From Halarcobacter sp. (GTDB lineage Bacteria > Campylobacterota > Campylobacteria > Campylobacterales > Arcobacteraceae), in assembly GCA_048571215.1 (NCBI GenBank), contig CP182352.1, positions 2,048,001 to 2,112,000 on the forward strand: 64,000 bases of DNA. The letters run 5' to 3'. Positions 32,454 to 43,403 of the stretch are shown piece by piece. Numbering within the stretch: position 1 is the first letter of the stretch; each line of letters starts with the position of its first letter. A program made the position numbers and the translations under genes. The notes beneath the pieces were generated by a model. That model was not told the DNA's origin. It searched no databases and was given only the letters and a program-made list of their open reading frames with translations.

Positions 32454-33456
32454 TAAAGTCCTTCAAAATTTCCTTAACAATTGTATCAGCAAAAAACTCA
32501 GCCCGAAATGGATTAGCCTGGTTACTATTAAGAAATTTTTCAATATTATCCAAATATTCAAAATAACTATCTTCTTCCATACTATTGATAAAAGCATATA
32601 ATTCTTCAAAACTTTTAAAATTTCTTTTATCAATAAAACAATTGGCTGGAATATGGTCTGAAATATTATTTGCACCCCAGTATATTGGAATACACCCTGC
32701 AAAAAATGTATCAAAAATTTTTTCCGTTATATATCCTGGTTGATCTTTAATATTTTCATAGCATATAGCAAATTTATAATTAACAAGTGTTTCAAACTTT
32801 GAACTAACTGTTCCTTTATAAGAAGGAAAAGGTTTGTAAAATATCTTTTTTAATGGAGAAATTTTATTTAGAAATTTACCTAATAAATTTGAACCAAAAT
32901 CTCTTTGTTCCCAACCCATACCAAATAAGTCAAAATCATCTATATGATTATCTTCAAACCATCTTATTAACTCAATTCTTTTTGTGTATAATTCATCTTT
33001 ATGATTTGCAGTTTTGTTCCCAGCAATAGTGGTACACAATTTTTTACCCTCATATAATTTAGGAATTGAATTTGGAATATTAAATGAATAGTTTACCTTA
33101 AAATATTTAATATTATCAATTAATCTATCATCCCATGTAAATATTTTATTAAAATATTTATGATTTTCTTTTTTATTAAAAGATACATCAACATGAGGAC
33201 TTTCTAAAGCAAGAAGATAACTTTTATGAGTTTTATAATGAACAATTTTTTGAGTTAAACCATTAAAAAATATAATATCAGATTCCTCCGGTTTATTGAG
33301 ATCAGATGTTGATAAATCTAATCCATTATTTAAAAAAGTTTCACGTAATTTGTAGTAAAAAAAGCCAAAATTATCTCTATTAATTGTTTGATCATTAATA
33401 TCAAATATTTTATTATTCAAATTATAATTTTGTACAAATGAAATTTTTTTATTCAT
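32440..33456 (-). CDS. Glycosyltransferase family 10 (alpha-1,3-fucosyltransferase-like)
   Basis: YKFAICYEN...GYITEKIFD...AGCIPIYWG. Confidence 0.85.
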   Translation of the reverse strand: MNKKISFVQNYNLNNKIFDINDQTINRDNFGFFYYKLRETFLNNGLDLSTSDLNKPEESDIIFFNGLTQKIVHYKTHKSYLLALESPHVDVSFNKKENHKYFNKIFTWDDRLIDNIKYFKVNYSFNIPNSIPKLYEGKKLCTTIAGNKTANHKDELYTKRIELIRWFEDNHIDDFDLFGMGWEQRDFGSNLLGKFLNKISPLKKIFYKPFPSYKGTVSSKFETLVNYKFAICYENIKDQPGYITEKIFDTFFAGCIPIYWGANNISDHIPANCFIDKRNFKSFEELYAFINSMEEDSYFEYLDNIEKFLNSNQANPFRAEFFADTIVKEILKDFNDIS

Positions 33457-34009
33457 AAACTTCCAATTTTTTTATAATTTTCTCTGCATCTATTTTGTCA
33501 AATTCCCACCACTTAGTTTTTAGAATGCGATTAATCATTTCATCTTTAAACCTATACTTTATCACTTTTGCTGGTACACCAACTACTATAGAATAAGGAG
33601 GCACATCTTTTGTAACAACTGAATTAGCTCCTATTATTGAACCTGTTCCAATTTTTACACCACGTAAAATTATGCTATCAGTACCAATCCAAACATCATG
33701 TCCAATAGTACATTCTTTTTGTGTAAGTTCTTCATAACTATTATGGTAAAAAAATGAACTTGTTGATATATTAAACAAATTATGTTCACCTTGTCCAATT
33801 GAAACATTATTGGCTATAGAACAATAATTTCCTATTGAAACTTTTGTTAAATTACAATTTCTTCCTATATATGAATATTTTCCAATAATACAATTTTGAT
33901 CTATGTGAGTTTGTTCCAAGATATTAGTGAACTGCCCAATTCTTGCCTTATCAGAGATTGGTTTATTTAATTTAAAAACTTTCAAAATAATCTTTTTTAG
34001 TATTTTCAT
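33449..34009 (-). CDS. Hexapeptide-repeat (LbH) O-acetyltransferase, CatB/Vat-like
   Basis: IGNYCSIA, IGHDVWIG, IIGANSVVTKDVPPYSIVVGVPAKVIKYRF and KWWE. Confidence 0.9.
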   Translation of the reverse strand: MKILKKIILKVFKLNKPISDKARIGQFTNILEQTHIDQNCIIGKYSYIGRNCNLTKVSIGNYCSIANNVSIGQGEHNLFNISTSSFFYHNSYEELTQKECTIGHDVWIGTDSIILRGVKIGTGSIIGANSVVTKDVPPYSIVVGVPAKVIKYRFKDEMINRILKTKWWEFDKIDAEKIIKKLEVYE

Positions 34010-34836
34010 TTGATAATTCTTCTATATAATTGTTTTATCTTAAATTTTAAAAATTTATTTAAAGTTTCTTGTTTCTTATCATAATAATTTGTTGTATATC
34101 CCAATAAATCATTTGCTTTTTTAAGATATTCATCATTATTGATTTTTTTAATCTGAAAACTAAATGCAAACTTTCTTGGTAAAATTTTGATTTCATTTGT
34201 TTCATTTCCTCTTGATAGGTTAATGTCTCCAATCACTTTATCACTATTGAAAGAATATGCATGTACTTCTAAATCTTCTAAATTCAATGCCTCTAATATA
34301 CTTAAAGAAAGTTCATGGAAGTTTTCACAAAAATTTTCATATTTAAATACAGGAATACCCAAGTTTACTATATAGTGCACAAAATTAAGATAATCATAAG
34401 CAAACTGTTTAGGGGACTGTCCTTGAGACAAACATATATCTATTCCATTTCGAACATAAGCGATTTTATTAACTATAAAACCATTACTTTCCAGTAGTTT
34501 TAAATTAGTTGATGTACCAATGGGTTGATTTTTATTTAGATAACTTTTAGCAAAATCTATATAAGACCAATCTCTTATTATTAAATGTTTTCCATTAACA
34601 TTACACCATTCAACTACTTCATGAATTTGATCAATATATTCTTCAGATACAATGTCAACACCATACCATTTTTTCATTTGCCCTTTTACAGAATGTATTC
34701 CACCTTTTTTATTGTGAAGAGGGTGTGCTTCAGATAATATAACCAATTCATCAAAACCATTTAAAAACTTATTTAAGAATGTTCCTCCTGATCTTGCATA
34801 ACAAAATATTATTGAAACATTTTTAGTATTATCCAC
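34006..34836 (-). CDS. Sulfotransferase-like protein (divergent)
   Basis: 5'-PSB-like FCYARSGGTFL, LSEAHP, YVRNGID and FKYENF. GTG start. Confidence 0.7.
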   Translation of the reverse strand: MDNTKNVSIIFCYARSGGTFLNKFLNGFDELVILSEAHPLHNKKGGIHSVKGQMKKWYGVDIVSEEYIDQIHEVVEWCNVNGKHLIIRDWSYIDFAKSYLNKNQPIGTSTNLKLLESNGFIVNKIAYVRNGIDICLSQGQSPKQFAYDYLNFVHYIVNLGIPVFKYENFCENFHELSLSILEALNLEDLEVHAYSFNSDKVIGDINLSRGNETNEIKILPRKFAFSFQIKKINNDEYLKKANDLLGYTTNYYDKKQETLNKFLKFKIKQLYRRIIK

Positions 34837-34848
34837 TTAATCTACCTT

Positions 34849-35619
34849 CTATTTTTTTAAATAATTAAATTTTAACATATTTACACAATGTGTATTTTCA
34901 ATATTTTTTTGATTCTTTTTATCTAGAAATTGTTTCCAATCATCTTTCTTACCACTTCTTAAAAAAGCAGCATTAGTAAAATCTTTGTTCTGAATAAATT
35001 GATTTTTTTTACTCTCAAAGGATTCATTTTGAATAATTTGTCTTAACTCATCTATATCAAAACTAATATCCAATTCATTTAATATTCTAACTAATTCTTT
35101 TTCAGTATTATCATGTAAATCTTCATATCTTACAATTACCATATTATCTAAGGATGTCCAAAAATTTACATGATGACTCCAACTTCCAACATTTATTTTT
35201 TCAAATGATTTCAATTGATTTTTGAATCTATTCCAACGAGCAACTAGTGTATTATTCCAACTATTATTAATATTTCCTACTTCAAAATTAAAAAATAAAT
35301 TAACCAATTTATTAGATAAAACTTTTTTCTTTGAAAATCTTCTATAATTATGGAAAAAACCTGATACAAAAACAGCTCTAGGGTCTCTTAATATATATAC
35401 TTTTTTGGAGTTTTCAATTTTATCAATTTCATTAGAACCATGAATTTTATAAATTATATATCTACCATTTTTATTTTTACAATTTTCTGAATTATTTATT
35501 AAGTCATCCTTAGAGTTTACATGAATTTTTGAACTAGTAACATTTGCGATTAATCTAGCTAACCATGTATTACCTGACTTTGGAAATCCTACAACATATA
35601 AACTTTCTAATTTATTCAA
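34849..35619 (-). CDS. PAPS-dependent sulfotransferase (Sulfotransfer_1 family)
   Basis: GFPKSGNTW (5'-PSB), LRDPRAVFVS (3'-PB), SWSHH, RYEDL and FLRSGKKDDWK. Confidence 0.9.
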   Translation of the reverse strand: MNKLESLYVVGFPKSGNTWLARLIANVTSSKIHVNSKDDLINNSENCKNKNGRYIIYKIHGSNEIDKIENSKKVYILRDPRAVFVSGFFHNYRRFSKKKVLSNKLVNLFFNFEVGNINNSWNNTLVARWNRFKNQLKSFEKINVGSWSHHVNFWTSLDNMVIVRYEDLHDNTEKELVRILNELDISFDIDELRQIIQNESFESKKNQFIQNKDFTNAAFLRSGKKDDWKQFLDKKNQKNIENTHCVNMLKFNYLKK

Positions 35620-37106
35620 TTTAATTTTCTCCTATTTAAAATAAAACTTTTAATTGAAGTATAAAAAAATATTACTTCCAATACAACTATTAAAATAAAG
35701 GTTACTATAATTTTTATAAAAAATATCTCCCAACTATGTTTATCAAAATATTCTATTATGAAATACAAACATATAAATGATGTAATAAACAAACTAAAAA
35801 TATTAAAAAATACTTTTAACTCTAAATTATAATTAATCTCGTTAAATAGTTTTATACTAAATCTTATTATTACTACAAAATTCACAATAAATAATGATAT
35901 TGGAATAGCAATCATACCTAAAAAAGGAAGTAGAATTATAGCAAAAAACACATAACTAATACCTTCAAAATAGACCTTTGATGTTGCAAACAATAAAAGT
36001 TCTTTTCCTAAGAGTAAATTTCTAAAAAGTCTTGACATTGCAAAAAATATTGAACCTAATCCAATTGCAATTACTATATTATTATCTAATTTAATATCTT
36101 CTCCAATCCAAAGATAAATAAAAGTATTGTTTGTTGCAATATAGATACTATAACACAAAAATGAAAATAACAAACTTGAAAAAACTATTTTTAAAGTAAC
36201 TTGTTTTATTTTATCATGATTTGATTCTCCTATTAGATGAGAATAAGGTCCTAATAATGAAGCATTAAATACATTAAGCGCTTTCAAAATAATTTCTGAT
36301 GCTTTTCTTAAGATATCATATATAGTAGTTGATTCGGGACCAATGAAAAAAGTTAATAAAATTGAATGAGAATTTTCTAATATTCGATTACTAATTACCA
36401 AACTAAATAAATTTGGAATAGTTTTATAATATTCTAAACATATTTCTTTTTTTAACTGTAGTTTTATTTTAAATTTTTTAATTAATGTTCTTACTTGCAT
36501 AGCACAAAAAAAGACAATTAATACTTCTGTAATAAAAAAACTAATGGGTATTGATATTAAATGATATCCCTCTGATAATAAATATATTACCATAATAATG
36601 CCTATAATATTTGATAATATCATAACTATTGTACTAAATAATGGATTAAGTAATGATTGAGCAAATCCTCTAAATATACTTGAAAAAAAACTTAAAGACA
36701 TAGTAATTAATGTAATATAATATGCATTAAGCAATATTTCATTCTTATCACTAGAGTATTGCATAATTTCTTGTAAAAAAAAAGAAACCCCCAATCCTAA
36801 AAATAGGAACAATAAAGTTATTATTATATAAAAAATTAAACTATTGGCAAAATAAATTCCGATAAGATTATAGTTGTTTTTTGCATAGGCATTAGATATT
36901 TTCTGAACAACTATATTATTTAAACCAAAATTCATAAAACTTAATATTCCAATTATACTATTAATTGTAATTAAATACCCATACATAGAATATTCAATAT
37001 ATTTAAAATAATATGGCAAGAGTACAAGCCCCTTTAACATTGAAATAATGGTTAAAAATATTCCACCAACTGCTTGTATTTTAAAAGCTTTTTTTCTACT
37101 TTTCAT
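35616..37106 (-). CDS. wzx: Polysaccharide flippase Wzx (MOP family)
   Basis: 496 aa, about 12-14 TM segments, YG...NFGL pattern in the N-terminal part, position in the locus. Confidence 0.8.
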   Translation of the reverse strand: MKSRKKAFKIQAVGGIFLTIISMLKGLVLLPYYFKYIEYSMYGYLITINSIIGILSFMNFGLNNIVVQKISNAYAKNNYNLIGIYFANSLIFYIIITLLFLFLGLGVSFFLQEIMQYSSDKNEILLNAYYITLITMSLSFFSSIFRGFAQSLLNPLFSTIVMILSNIIGIIMVIYLLSEGYHLISIPISFFITEVLIVFFCAMQVRTLIKKFKIKLQLKKEICLEYYKTIPNLFSLVISNRILENSHSILLTFFIGPESTTIYDILRKASEIILKALNVFNASLLGPYSHLIGESNHDKIKQVTLKIVFSSLLFSFLCYSIYIATNNTFIYLWIGEDIKLDNNIVIAIGLGSIFFAMSRLFRNLLLGKELLLFATSKVYFEGISYVFFAIILLPFLGMIAIPISLFIVNFVVIIRFSIKLFNEINYNLELKVFFNIFSLFITSFICLYFIIEYFDKHSWEIFFIKIIVTFILIVVLEVIFFYTSIKSFILNRRKLN

Positions 37107-38017
37107 TTTATGAAACTTAAATATTGTTTAATATAACTTAAAAAAGATATTAACACATTCAAAATTGAAATCTTTTGGAAACTTGTGAATAAAAACTTAT
37201 AGTTTCCAGAAATAAAAGAATAACGAATACAAGACTTTAAAAATATTTTCTCAAATCTACTTGGAATATCATTTTTTGATAATATTTTAGATAAAGCTTG
37301 TTCAAATATTTTTTGATTATCAAATATGAATTTCTTTAATTGAATGTTAGTTTCTTTCATGATTTTTACATGATTTTTTCTTGATAAAGAACTATTAAGA
37401 ACTCTATAGTGTAATAATGTTTTTTTTACATTCCCAAAGTTTGCACCTTTTGTATGACACTTTAACCATAAATCCAAATCTTCTGCATTTTGATAACCAT
37501 CTAACCCATACATTAATCTATGTTCAATTATAAACTGCTTTCTTATCATTACACTTGGATGAGCAAAAGGTACTGTAATCCCTAAAGTAATTAATATTTC
37601 ATCCTTTGTTAATGGAACTTCAATTAATTTTTTAATATTATTCTCTTCATCAATTATATTGTAATTACAACCACATAAATCTAAGCTATTGTTTTTCATA
37701 AAATTGTATTGTAATTCTAATCTATTTTTTAACGAAATATCATCTTGATCCATTCTTGCTATATAATCACCTTGAGATAAAGATAAGCCTTTATTTAATG
37801 TAGCAATTAAACCAATATTTTTCTGTTCTATAACCTTAATTCGATTATCTATCAATTTATATTTATTTATTATTTCAATTGAATTATCAGTTGAGCCATC
37901 ATCCAAAATTATCAATTCAAAATTTTCGTATGTCTGAAATAATATACTTTCAATTGCTTCAGCTAAATACTTTCTTCCATTGTATACAGGTAGTACTACA
38001 CTTATTAAATCACTCAC
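37103..38017 (-). CDS. Glycosyltransferase family 2
   Basis: SVVLPVYNG, LDDGSTD, ARMDQDD, HPSVMIRK and AEDLDLW. Confidence 0.92.
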   Translation of the reverse strand: MSDLISVVLPVYNGRKYLAEAIESILFQTYENFELIILDDGSTDNSIEIINKYKLIDNRIKVIEQKNIGLIATLNKGLSLSQGDYIARMDQDDISLKNRLELQYNFMKNNSLDLCGCNYNIIDEENNIKKLIEVPLTKDEILITLGITVPFAHPSVMIRKQFIIEHRLMYGLDGYQNAEDLDLWLKCHTKGANFGNVKKTLLHYRVLNSSLSRKNHVKIMKETNIQLKKFIFDNQKIFEQALSKILSKNDIPSRFEKIFLKSCIRYSFISGNYKFLFTSFQKISILNVLISFLSYIKQYLSFIK

Positions 38018-38690
38018 TATAATACTTTCTTAATAATTTTTCCACATAGTTCTCTTTACATATATTCAATTTTTCTATAATATTATTAATCTTTTCAACA
38101 TCAATATTAAAATCACCTGGCATAGTTATTAAATTGTATTTAGGTTCTATATTCAATATAATACTAATTTGCTCTACAAGTGTTTTTACTTTAATATTTG
38201 AAGGATAAGCAATATTTATAATACTATTATTATATGATTCATCAACAATAAGATTTTTAACTATATTCTTCATATCACTTACATCTATCAAATTTCTCTC
38301 TATATCATATAAATCAAAAGAATCTTTATTTTTAATTTTATTATATAAATATCCAACCAATTGATTTTTATTATTAAATCCTACAATTTGAGGTACTCTA
38401 AAAATATTATAATTATTTGATTTTTTTATAATAATATTTTCCATTTTTAATTTGTGCTGGCAATATTTTGAACTTTCAAAATAATTATCATATATAGAAC
38501 AAGTGCTAAAGTAAATAAATTTAATATTTTTATTCTCTTCTAATTTTTTTCTCAATAGATTTTCTTCTCTCAGAAATTCATCAACTCGCTCTTCTTTCGA
38601 GTTTGAAACACCCGATGCAAATATTAAAATATTTTTTGAATTACTATATTCTAAAAATTCTTTTGCAATTAAACCATTACCTACTATCAT
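38010..38690 (-). CDS. fcd: dTDP-4-dehydro-6-deoxyglucose reductase, Fcd-like (dTDP-D-fucose synthase)
   Basis: [12 protein letters not shown]...IFASGVSNS...YFSTCSIYD...YCQHKLKME...RVPQIVG...RNLID resembles Aggregatibacter Fcd (recalled, not searched). Follows rmlA-rmlB directly, with no rmlC/rmlD. Confidence 0.7.
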   Translation of the reverse strand: MIVGNGLIAKEFLEYSNSKNILIFASGVSNSKEERVDEFLREENLLRKKLEENKNIKFIYFSTCSIYDNYFESSKYCQHKLKMENIIIKKSNNYNIFRVPQIVGFNNKNQLVGYLYNKIKNKDSFDLYDIERNLIDVSDMKNIVKNLIVDESYNNSIINIAYPSNIKVKTLVEQISIILNIEPKYNLITMPGDFNIDVEKINNIIEKLNICKENYVEKLLRKYYSE

Positions 38691-39747
38691 AACTAACCTT
38701 ATATTTTCCCAAATACCACACAATAGTCTTAACTATGCCAGTATCAAAGTTCTCATCTGCTTTCCATCCAAGTTCATTTTCCAATTTACTTGCATCTATT
38801 GCATATCTTCTATCATGTCCTGCTCTATCTTCTACAAATGTTATTAACTCTTTGTAGGATTGTAATTGGTTATTTGTTATTTGTATATTAGTAGAGATTG
38901 GTTTAACTTCATCCAATATTTCACAAATTCTGTTTACTATTTGCAGATTTGTTCTTTCATTTCTTCCACCTATATTATAGGTTTGCCCTTTTAATCCCTT
39001 ATGGAAAACTAAGTCTATACCTTTACAATGATCTAGTACATACAACCAATCTCTTATATTTTTTCCATCTCCATATATTGGTATAGGATTTCCTTGTAGA
39101 GCATTTCTTATAATTGTTGGTATTAATTTCTCATCATGTTGTTTTGGTCCATAATTATTTGAGCAGTTTGTGATTACTGCGTTTAGTCCAAAGGTTTCTA
39201 CATAAGATCTTACTATCATATCACTTGATGCTTTTGAAGCAGAGTATGGAGAATTTGGTGCATATGGTGTAGACTCATGGAAAAGATCATTTGGGTCTTC
39301 ACTTAAGGTTCCATACACTTCATCTGTTGAGATATGATGAAATCTACAATCTTGGTACTTTTTTTTATATTCAAAGGGTTTATTCATCCAATATTTATAT
39401 GCCACATCTACTAAGGTATATGTTCCATTTACATTTGTTTCTATAAATACTCCTGGATTTTTTATACTATTATCCACATGTGATTCTGCTGCGAAGTGAA
39501 TTACACCTCTTATATCATATTCAGAAAAAATAAATTCAACTAATTCTCTATTACAGATATCACCTTTTATAAATTTATATCTCGGATGATTTTCAACTTC
39601 TTTTAGGTTTTCTAAATCACCTGCGTATGTTAGAAGATCTAGGTTTATTATATTACAATCTTGATATTTTTCTAAAAAATATGGCACGAAGTTACTTCCT
39701 ATAAAGCCTGCGCATCCTGTTACTAATATTGTTTTATTATTAAACAT
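38677..39747 (-). CDS. rfbB: dTDP-glucose 4,6-dehydratase
   Basis: [35 protein letters not shown] and [12 protein letters not shown]. Confidence 0.97.
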   Translation of the reverse strand: MFNNKTILVTGCAGFIGSNFVPYFLEKYQDCNIINLDLLTYAGDLENLKEVENHPRYKFIKGDICNRELVEFIFSEYDIRGVIHFAAESHVDNSIKNPGVFIETNVNGTYTLVDVAYKYWMNKPFEYKKKYQDCRFHHISTDEVYGTLSEDPNDLFHESTPYAPNSPYSASKASSDMIVRSYVETFGLNAVITNCSNNYGPKQHDEKLIPTIIRNALQGNPIPIYGDGKNIRDWLYVLDHCKGIDLVFHKGLKGQTYNIGGRNERTNLQIVNRICEILDEVKPISTNIQITNNQLQSYKELITFVEDRAGHDRRYAIDASKLENELGWKADENFDTGIVKTIVWYLGKYKVSYDSR

Positions 39748-40615
39748 CTATCTCTTTCACCAAGTTATACAAATATTGACCATACCCATTTTTAGATAAG
39801 GGTTTTGCTATTTCTAATATTTTCTCTTTTGTTATCCATTTATTATTATATGCAATCTCTTCTAAACAAGCTATTTTATACCCTTGTCTATGCTCTATTG
39901 TTTGTACAAATTGTCCTGCTTCTAACAGGCTATCATGAGTTCCTGTATCAAGCCATGCAAATCCACGACCTAGAAGTTCAACTTTCAAGTTCCCTTTTTT
40001 TAGATATGCTTCATTTATTGAAGTGATTTCAAATTCACCTCGTTCACTTAAGTTTACATTTTTTGCTATATTTACTACCTCATTATCATAAAAATACAAA
40101 CCAGTAACTGCAAAATTTGATTTTGGTTTTTTTGGTTTTTCTTCAATACTTATTGCATTTTTATCTTTATCAAACTCTACTACTCCAAATCTATCTGGAT
40201 CTTTTACTTGATATCCAAATACTACAGCTCCCTCTTTTATTAAAGCAGCATTTTTTACCATTAGACTCAATCCACTTCCATAGAAAATATTATCTCCTAA
40301 AATCAAACAAACACTATCATCTCCTATAAAATCTTCACCTAAGATAAATGCTTGGGCTAATCCATCTGGGCTTGGTTGTATTTTATATTCTAGATTAATA
40401 CCCCATTGACTACCATCGCCTAAAAGTTCTTTAAACTTATGGTTATCTTCTGGAGTGGTTATTATCAAGATGTTTCTAATCCCTGCTAACATTAAAACTG
40501 ATAAGGGATAATATATCATTGGTTTATCATATATTGGCAAAAGCTGTTTACTTGATGACTTTGTTATGGGATAAAGTCTTGTTCCAGAACCTCCTGCTAG
40601 TACTATACCTTTCAT
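39740..40615 (-). CDS. rfbA: Glucose-1-phosphate thymidylyltransferase
   Basis: [38 protein letters not shown] and [11 protein letters not shown]. Confidence 0.97.
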   Translation of the reverse strand: MKGIVLAGGSGTRLYPITKSSSKQLLPIYDKPMIYYPLSVLMLAGIRNILIITTPEDNHKFKELLGDGSQWGINLEYKIQPSPDGLAQAFILGEDFIGDDSVCLILGDNIFYGSGLSLMVKNAALIKEGAVVFGYQVKDPDRFGVVEFDKDKNAISIEEKPKKPKSNFAVTGLYFYDNEVVNIAKNVNLSERGEFEITSINEAYLKKGNLKVELLGRGFAWLDTGTHDSLLEAGQFVQTIEHRQGYKIACLEEIAYNNKWITKEKILEIAKPLSKNGYGQYLYNLVKEIDV

Positions 40616-40716
40616 TTAAATATACCTTTAACAAAGTTTTTTATTCTCCAATTAGCAAAAGTTATAAACTCTAGAGGATTAATTGTTCTCATGAATCTTC
40701 TTTATTAATATTAAGA

Positions 40717-41784
40717 TTATCTATCATTGCTTAGATACCAGTTATATATTTTTTCTATACCTTGTTGTAATTCTATTGTATGTTTCCACCCTAAGCTATT
40801 TAATTTGCTTACATCTGTAAGCTTTTTCATAGTCCCATCTGGTTTATTAGTATTAAATACAAGTTCACCTTTAAATCCAATAATATCTTTTATAAGAGTT
40901 GCCAACTCTTTTATTGATATATCTACACCTGTTCCAATATTTATATGAGTATTTCTAATCTCTTTTTCATTTTCACCAAATGTATCTTTAAAATCTCTAT
41001 TTTCTAAAAGAAATACACATGCATCTGCCATATCTTCTGAGTAAAGAAACTCTCTTCTTGGTTTCCCTGAACCCCAGATCTCAACTGAATCTTTATTTAC
41101 ACCAAATTTATTTAGATATTCTAAGGCTTCATCCAAAGAAGATAGATTTAAATCTTTTAATACTTCTTCTATTTTTTCTTCATTTAAAAGTTTAGCAAGA
41201 TATATTTTTCGTATAAGTGCTGGTAGTACATGTGACTTTTCCAAATCAAAGTTATCATTTGGTCCATATAGGTTTGTTGGCATTACTGATATAAAGTTTG
41301 TATTATATTGCAAGTTATATGATTCACACATTTTTATACCTGCTATTTTTGCTATTGCGTATGGTTCATTTGTATATTCTAGTGGACTTGTTAATAAACA
41401 ATCTTCACTCATTGGTTGCGGTGCTTCTTTTGGGTATATACAAGTACTTCCTAAAAATAGCAATTTTTTTACTTTATATTTATAGGCATTATGGATTACA
41501 TTATTTTGAATGGCTAAGTTCTCATATATAAAATCAGCTCTATAGGTATTATTTGCAATTATTCCACCAACTTTTGCTGCTGCTAGTATTACATATTCTG
41601 GTTTTTCTAGTTTAAAGAACTCATCTACTTCATTTTGATTTGTTAGATTTAATTCCTTATGAGTTCTATATACTAAATTTGTATAACCCTTTGATTGTAA
41701 ATTTTTTACAATTGCAGAACCTACTAATCCTCTATGACCAGCTACATATATTTTACTATTTTTATTCATAATCATTTTACTCAA
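40717..41784 (-). CDS. fcl: GDP-L-fucose synthase
   Basis: [39 protein letters not shown] and SHVLPALI. The true start may be 41775 or 41769. Confidence 0.95.
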   Translation of the reverse strand: MSKMIMNKNSKIYVAGHRGLVGSAIVKNLQSKGYTNLVYRTHKELNLTNQNEVDEFFKLEKPEYVILAAAKVGGIIANNTYRADFIYENLAIQNNVIHNAYKYKVKKLLFLGSTCIYPKEAPQPMSEDCLLTSPLEYTNEPYAIAKIAGIKMCESYNLQYNTNFISVMPTNLYGPNDNFDLEKSHVLPALIRKIYLAKLLNEEKIEEVLKDLNLSSLDEALEYLNKFGVNKDSVEIWGSGKPRREFLYSEDMADACVFLLENRDFKDTFGENEKEIRNTHINIGTGVDISIKELATLIKDIIGFKGELVFNTNKPDGTMKKLTDVSKLNSLGWKHTIELQQGIEKIYNWYLSNDR

Positions 41785-42922
41785 AATAACTCATAATTTT
41801 ATATCCACCATCTTTTAGATAAGTGTCTTTTTTCATTAGTTTTAAATCACTTGCCATCATATCATTTACTAAGTCTTGAAGTTTATACTCTCTATTCCAT
41901 CCTAATTTAGTTTCAGCTTTTGTAGGGTCTCCTAGTAGCAAGTCTACTTCTGTTGGTCTAAAGTACCTTGAGTCTACTTCTACTACAACAGTGTTCAGTA
42001 CTAAGTGTTCAATGCTCAGCCCTAATGATTTTACTTTCTCTTCATCTATACTATCAATAATACCTTTTTCATCTACACCTTTTCCTTCAAATCTTAGCTT
42101 TATCCCTACGTAGGCAAAAGCGAATTTTACGAAGTCTCTTACAGTTGTTGTTTGTCCTGTTGCTATTACCCAATCTTCTGGTTCATCTGCTTGAAGAATC
42201 ATCCACATCATCTTTACATAATCTTTTGCATGTCCCCAGTCTCTTTTTGCATCTAAGTTTCCAAGGTATAATTTATCTTGAAGGTTTAGTGCTATTTTAG
42301 AAGCTGCTCTTGTAATTTTTCTTGTAACAAAAGTTTCACCTCTTACTGGGCTTTCATGGTTAAAAAGGATTCCATTACAAGCGAACATACCATATGCTTC
42401 TCTATAATTTACTGTTATCCAGTATGCGTACATTTTAGCAACTGCATATGGACTTCTTGGGTAAAAAGGAGTTGTTTCACTTTGAGGTGTTTCTTGTACT
42501 TTTCCATATAATTCAGAGGTACTTGCTTGATATATTTTTGTTTTATTAGCAAGTCCTAATAATTTTACTGCTTCAAGGATTCTAAGTGTTCCTGTTCCAT
42601 CTGCGTTTGCTACATATTCTGGTGTCTCAAAAGAAACTGCTACATGAGACATTGCAGCTAAATTATAGATTTCATCTGGTTGTGTCTCTTGAATAATTCT
42701 TGTTAGGTTCATAGAATCTGTCATATCACCATAATGAAGTATTAGATTTCTATTTTCTACATGTGGATCTTGGTAAAGGTGATCTATTCTATCTGTATTA
42801 AACAAAGAACTTCTTCTTTTTATACCATGTACTATATATCCTTTTTTTAGCAAAAACTCTGCTAAATAGCTTCCATCTTGTCCTGTTATCCCTGTTATTA
42901 AGGCTACTTTTTGTTCTGCCAT
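41777..42922 (-). CDS. gmd: GDP-mannose 4,6-dehydratase
   Basis: [32 protein letters not shown] and [17 protein letters not shown]. Confidence 0.98.
   Translation of the reverse strand: MAEQKVALITGITGQDGSYLAEFLLKKGYIVHGIKRRSSLFNTDRIDHLYQDPHVENRNLILHYGDMTDSMNLTRIIQETQPDEIYNLAAMSHVAVSFETPEYVANADGTGTLRILEAVKLLGLANKTKIYQASTSELYGKVQETPQSETTPFYPRSPYAVAKMYAYWITVNYREAYGMFACNGILFNHESPVRGETFVTRKITRAASKIALNLQDKLYLGNLDAKRDWGHAKDYVKMMWMILQADEPEDWVIATGQTTTVRDFVKFAFAYVGIKLRFEGKGVDEKGIIDSIDEEKVKSLGLSIEHLVLNTVVVEVDSRYFRPTEVDLLLGDPTKAETKLGWNREYKLQDLVNDMMASDLKLMKKDTYLKDGGYKIMSYFE
41987..42021. repeat. 7-bp array (YTCAGTR family) in frame inside gmd
   Basis: AACAGTG TTCAGTA CTAAGTG TTCAATG CTCAGCC, encoding [12 protein letters not shown]. 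Confidence 0.75.
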
Positions 42923-42923
42923 T

Positions 42924-43403
42924 TTATTTGTTTTCTCCTGTTATTAATTCTAAATTTTTAAAGTAATCTTTTACATAAGTATGAACTTCATTTGATTTTA
43001 AGAGTTCATCTATTGTAAACCAATTATATTCACTATGTTGCTCTTTGGGAAGATTTATTAACTCATCTTTTAATTCTAATAAATATCCATGATTTGCATA
43101 GTGCGTTGAGATATTTTCAAATATACTATCTTCATAAAAGTGTTCAAATACTCCTAAAAATTTTACTTTATTAATATCTATTATTATACCTAATTCATTT
43201 TTGCTGATACGTTTGATAGCATCTTTAAATGATTCATTTTTTCTTACAATTCCACCTGTAGTAAACCAAAAATCTTTTGCTGGTTTATTTACTCGTTTAC
43301 CTAATAGAACTTTATCTTTATACATTGTAATCAAATCAATAGATATAAGTGGTGTATGTTCTACGACTACTTTAAATTGTTCTTTTGGTATAAGTTTACT
43401 CAT
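42924..43403 (-). CDS. gmm: GDP-mannose mannosyl hydrolase (Nudix)
   Basis: [19 protein letters not shown], modified Nudix box GGIVRKNE...ELG, FEHFY, THY and QH. Confidence 0.9.
   Translation of the reverse strand: MSKLIPKEQFKVVVEHTPLISIDLITMYKDKVLLGKRVNKPAKDFWFTTGGIVRKNESFKDAIKRISKNELGIIIDINKVKFLGVFEHFYEDSIFENISTHYANHGYLLELKDELINLPKEQHSEYNWFTIDELLKSNEVHTYVKDYFKNLELITGENK

Noticed and set aside
33449..34009. catB/vat antibiotic-resistance gene
   Set aside because: It is an LbH acetyltransferase overlapping its neighbours inside a polysaccharide operon. Sugar O-acetylation is the simpler reading.
25875..36783. A/T homopolymer runs (9 nt at the cysD start and in wzx, 8 nt in wzy) as phase-variation switches
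   Set aside because: Such runs are expected in DNA this AT-rich, all frames are intact, and no long poly-G/C tracts of the Campylobacter type were seen.
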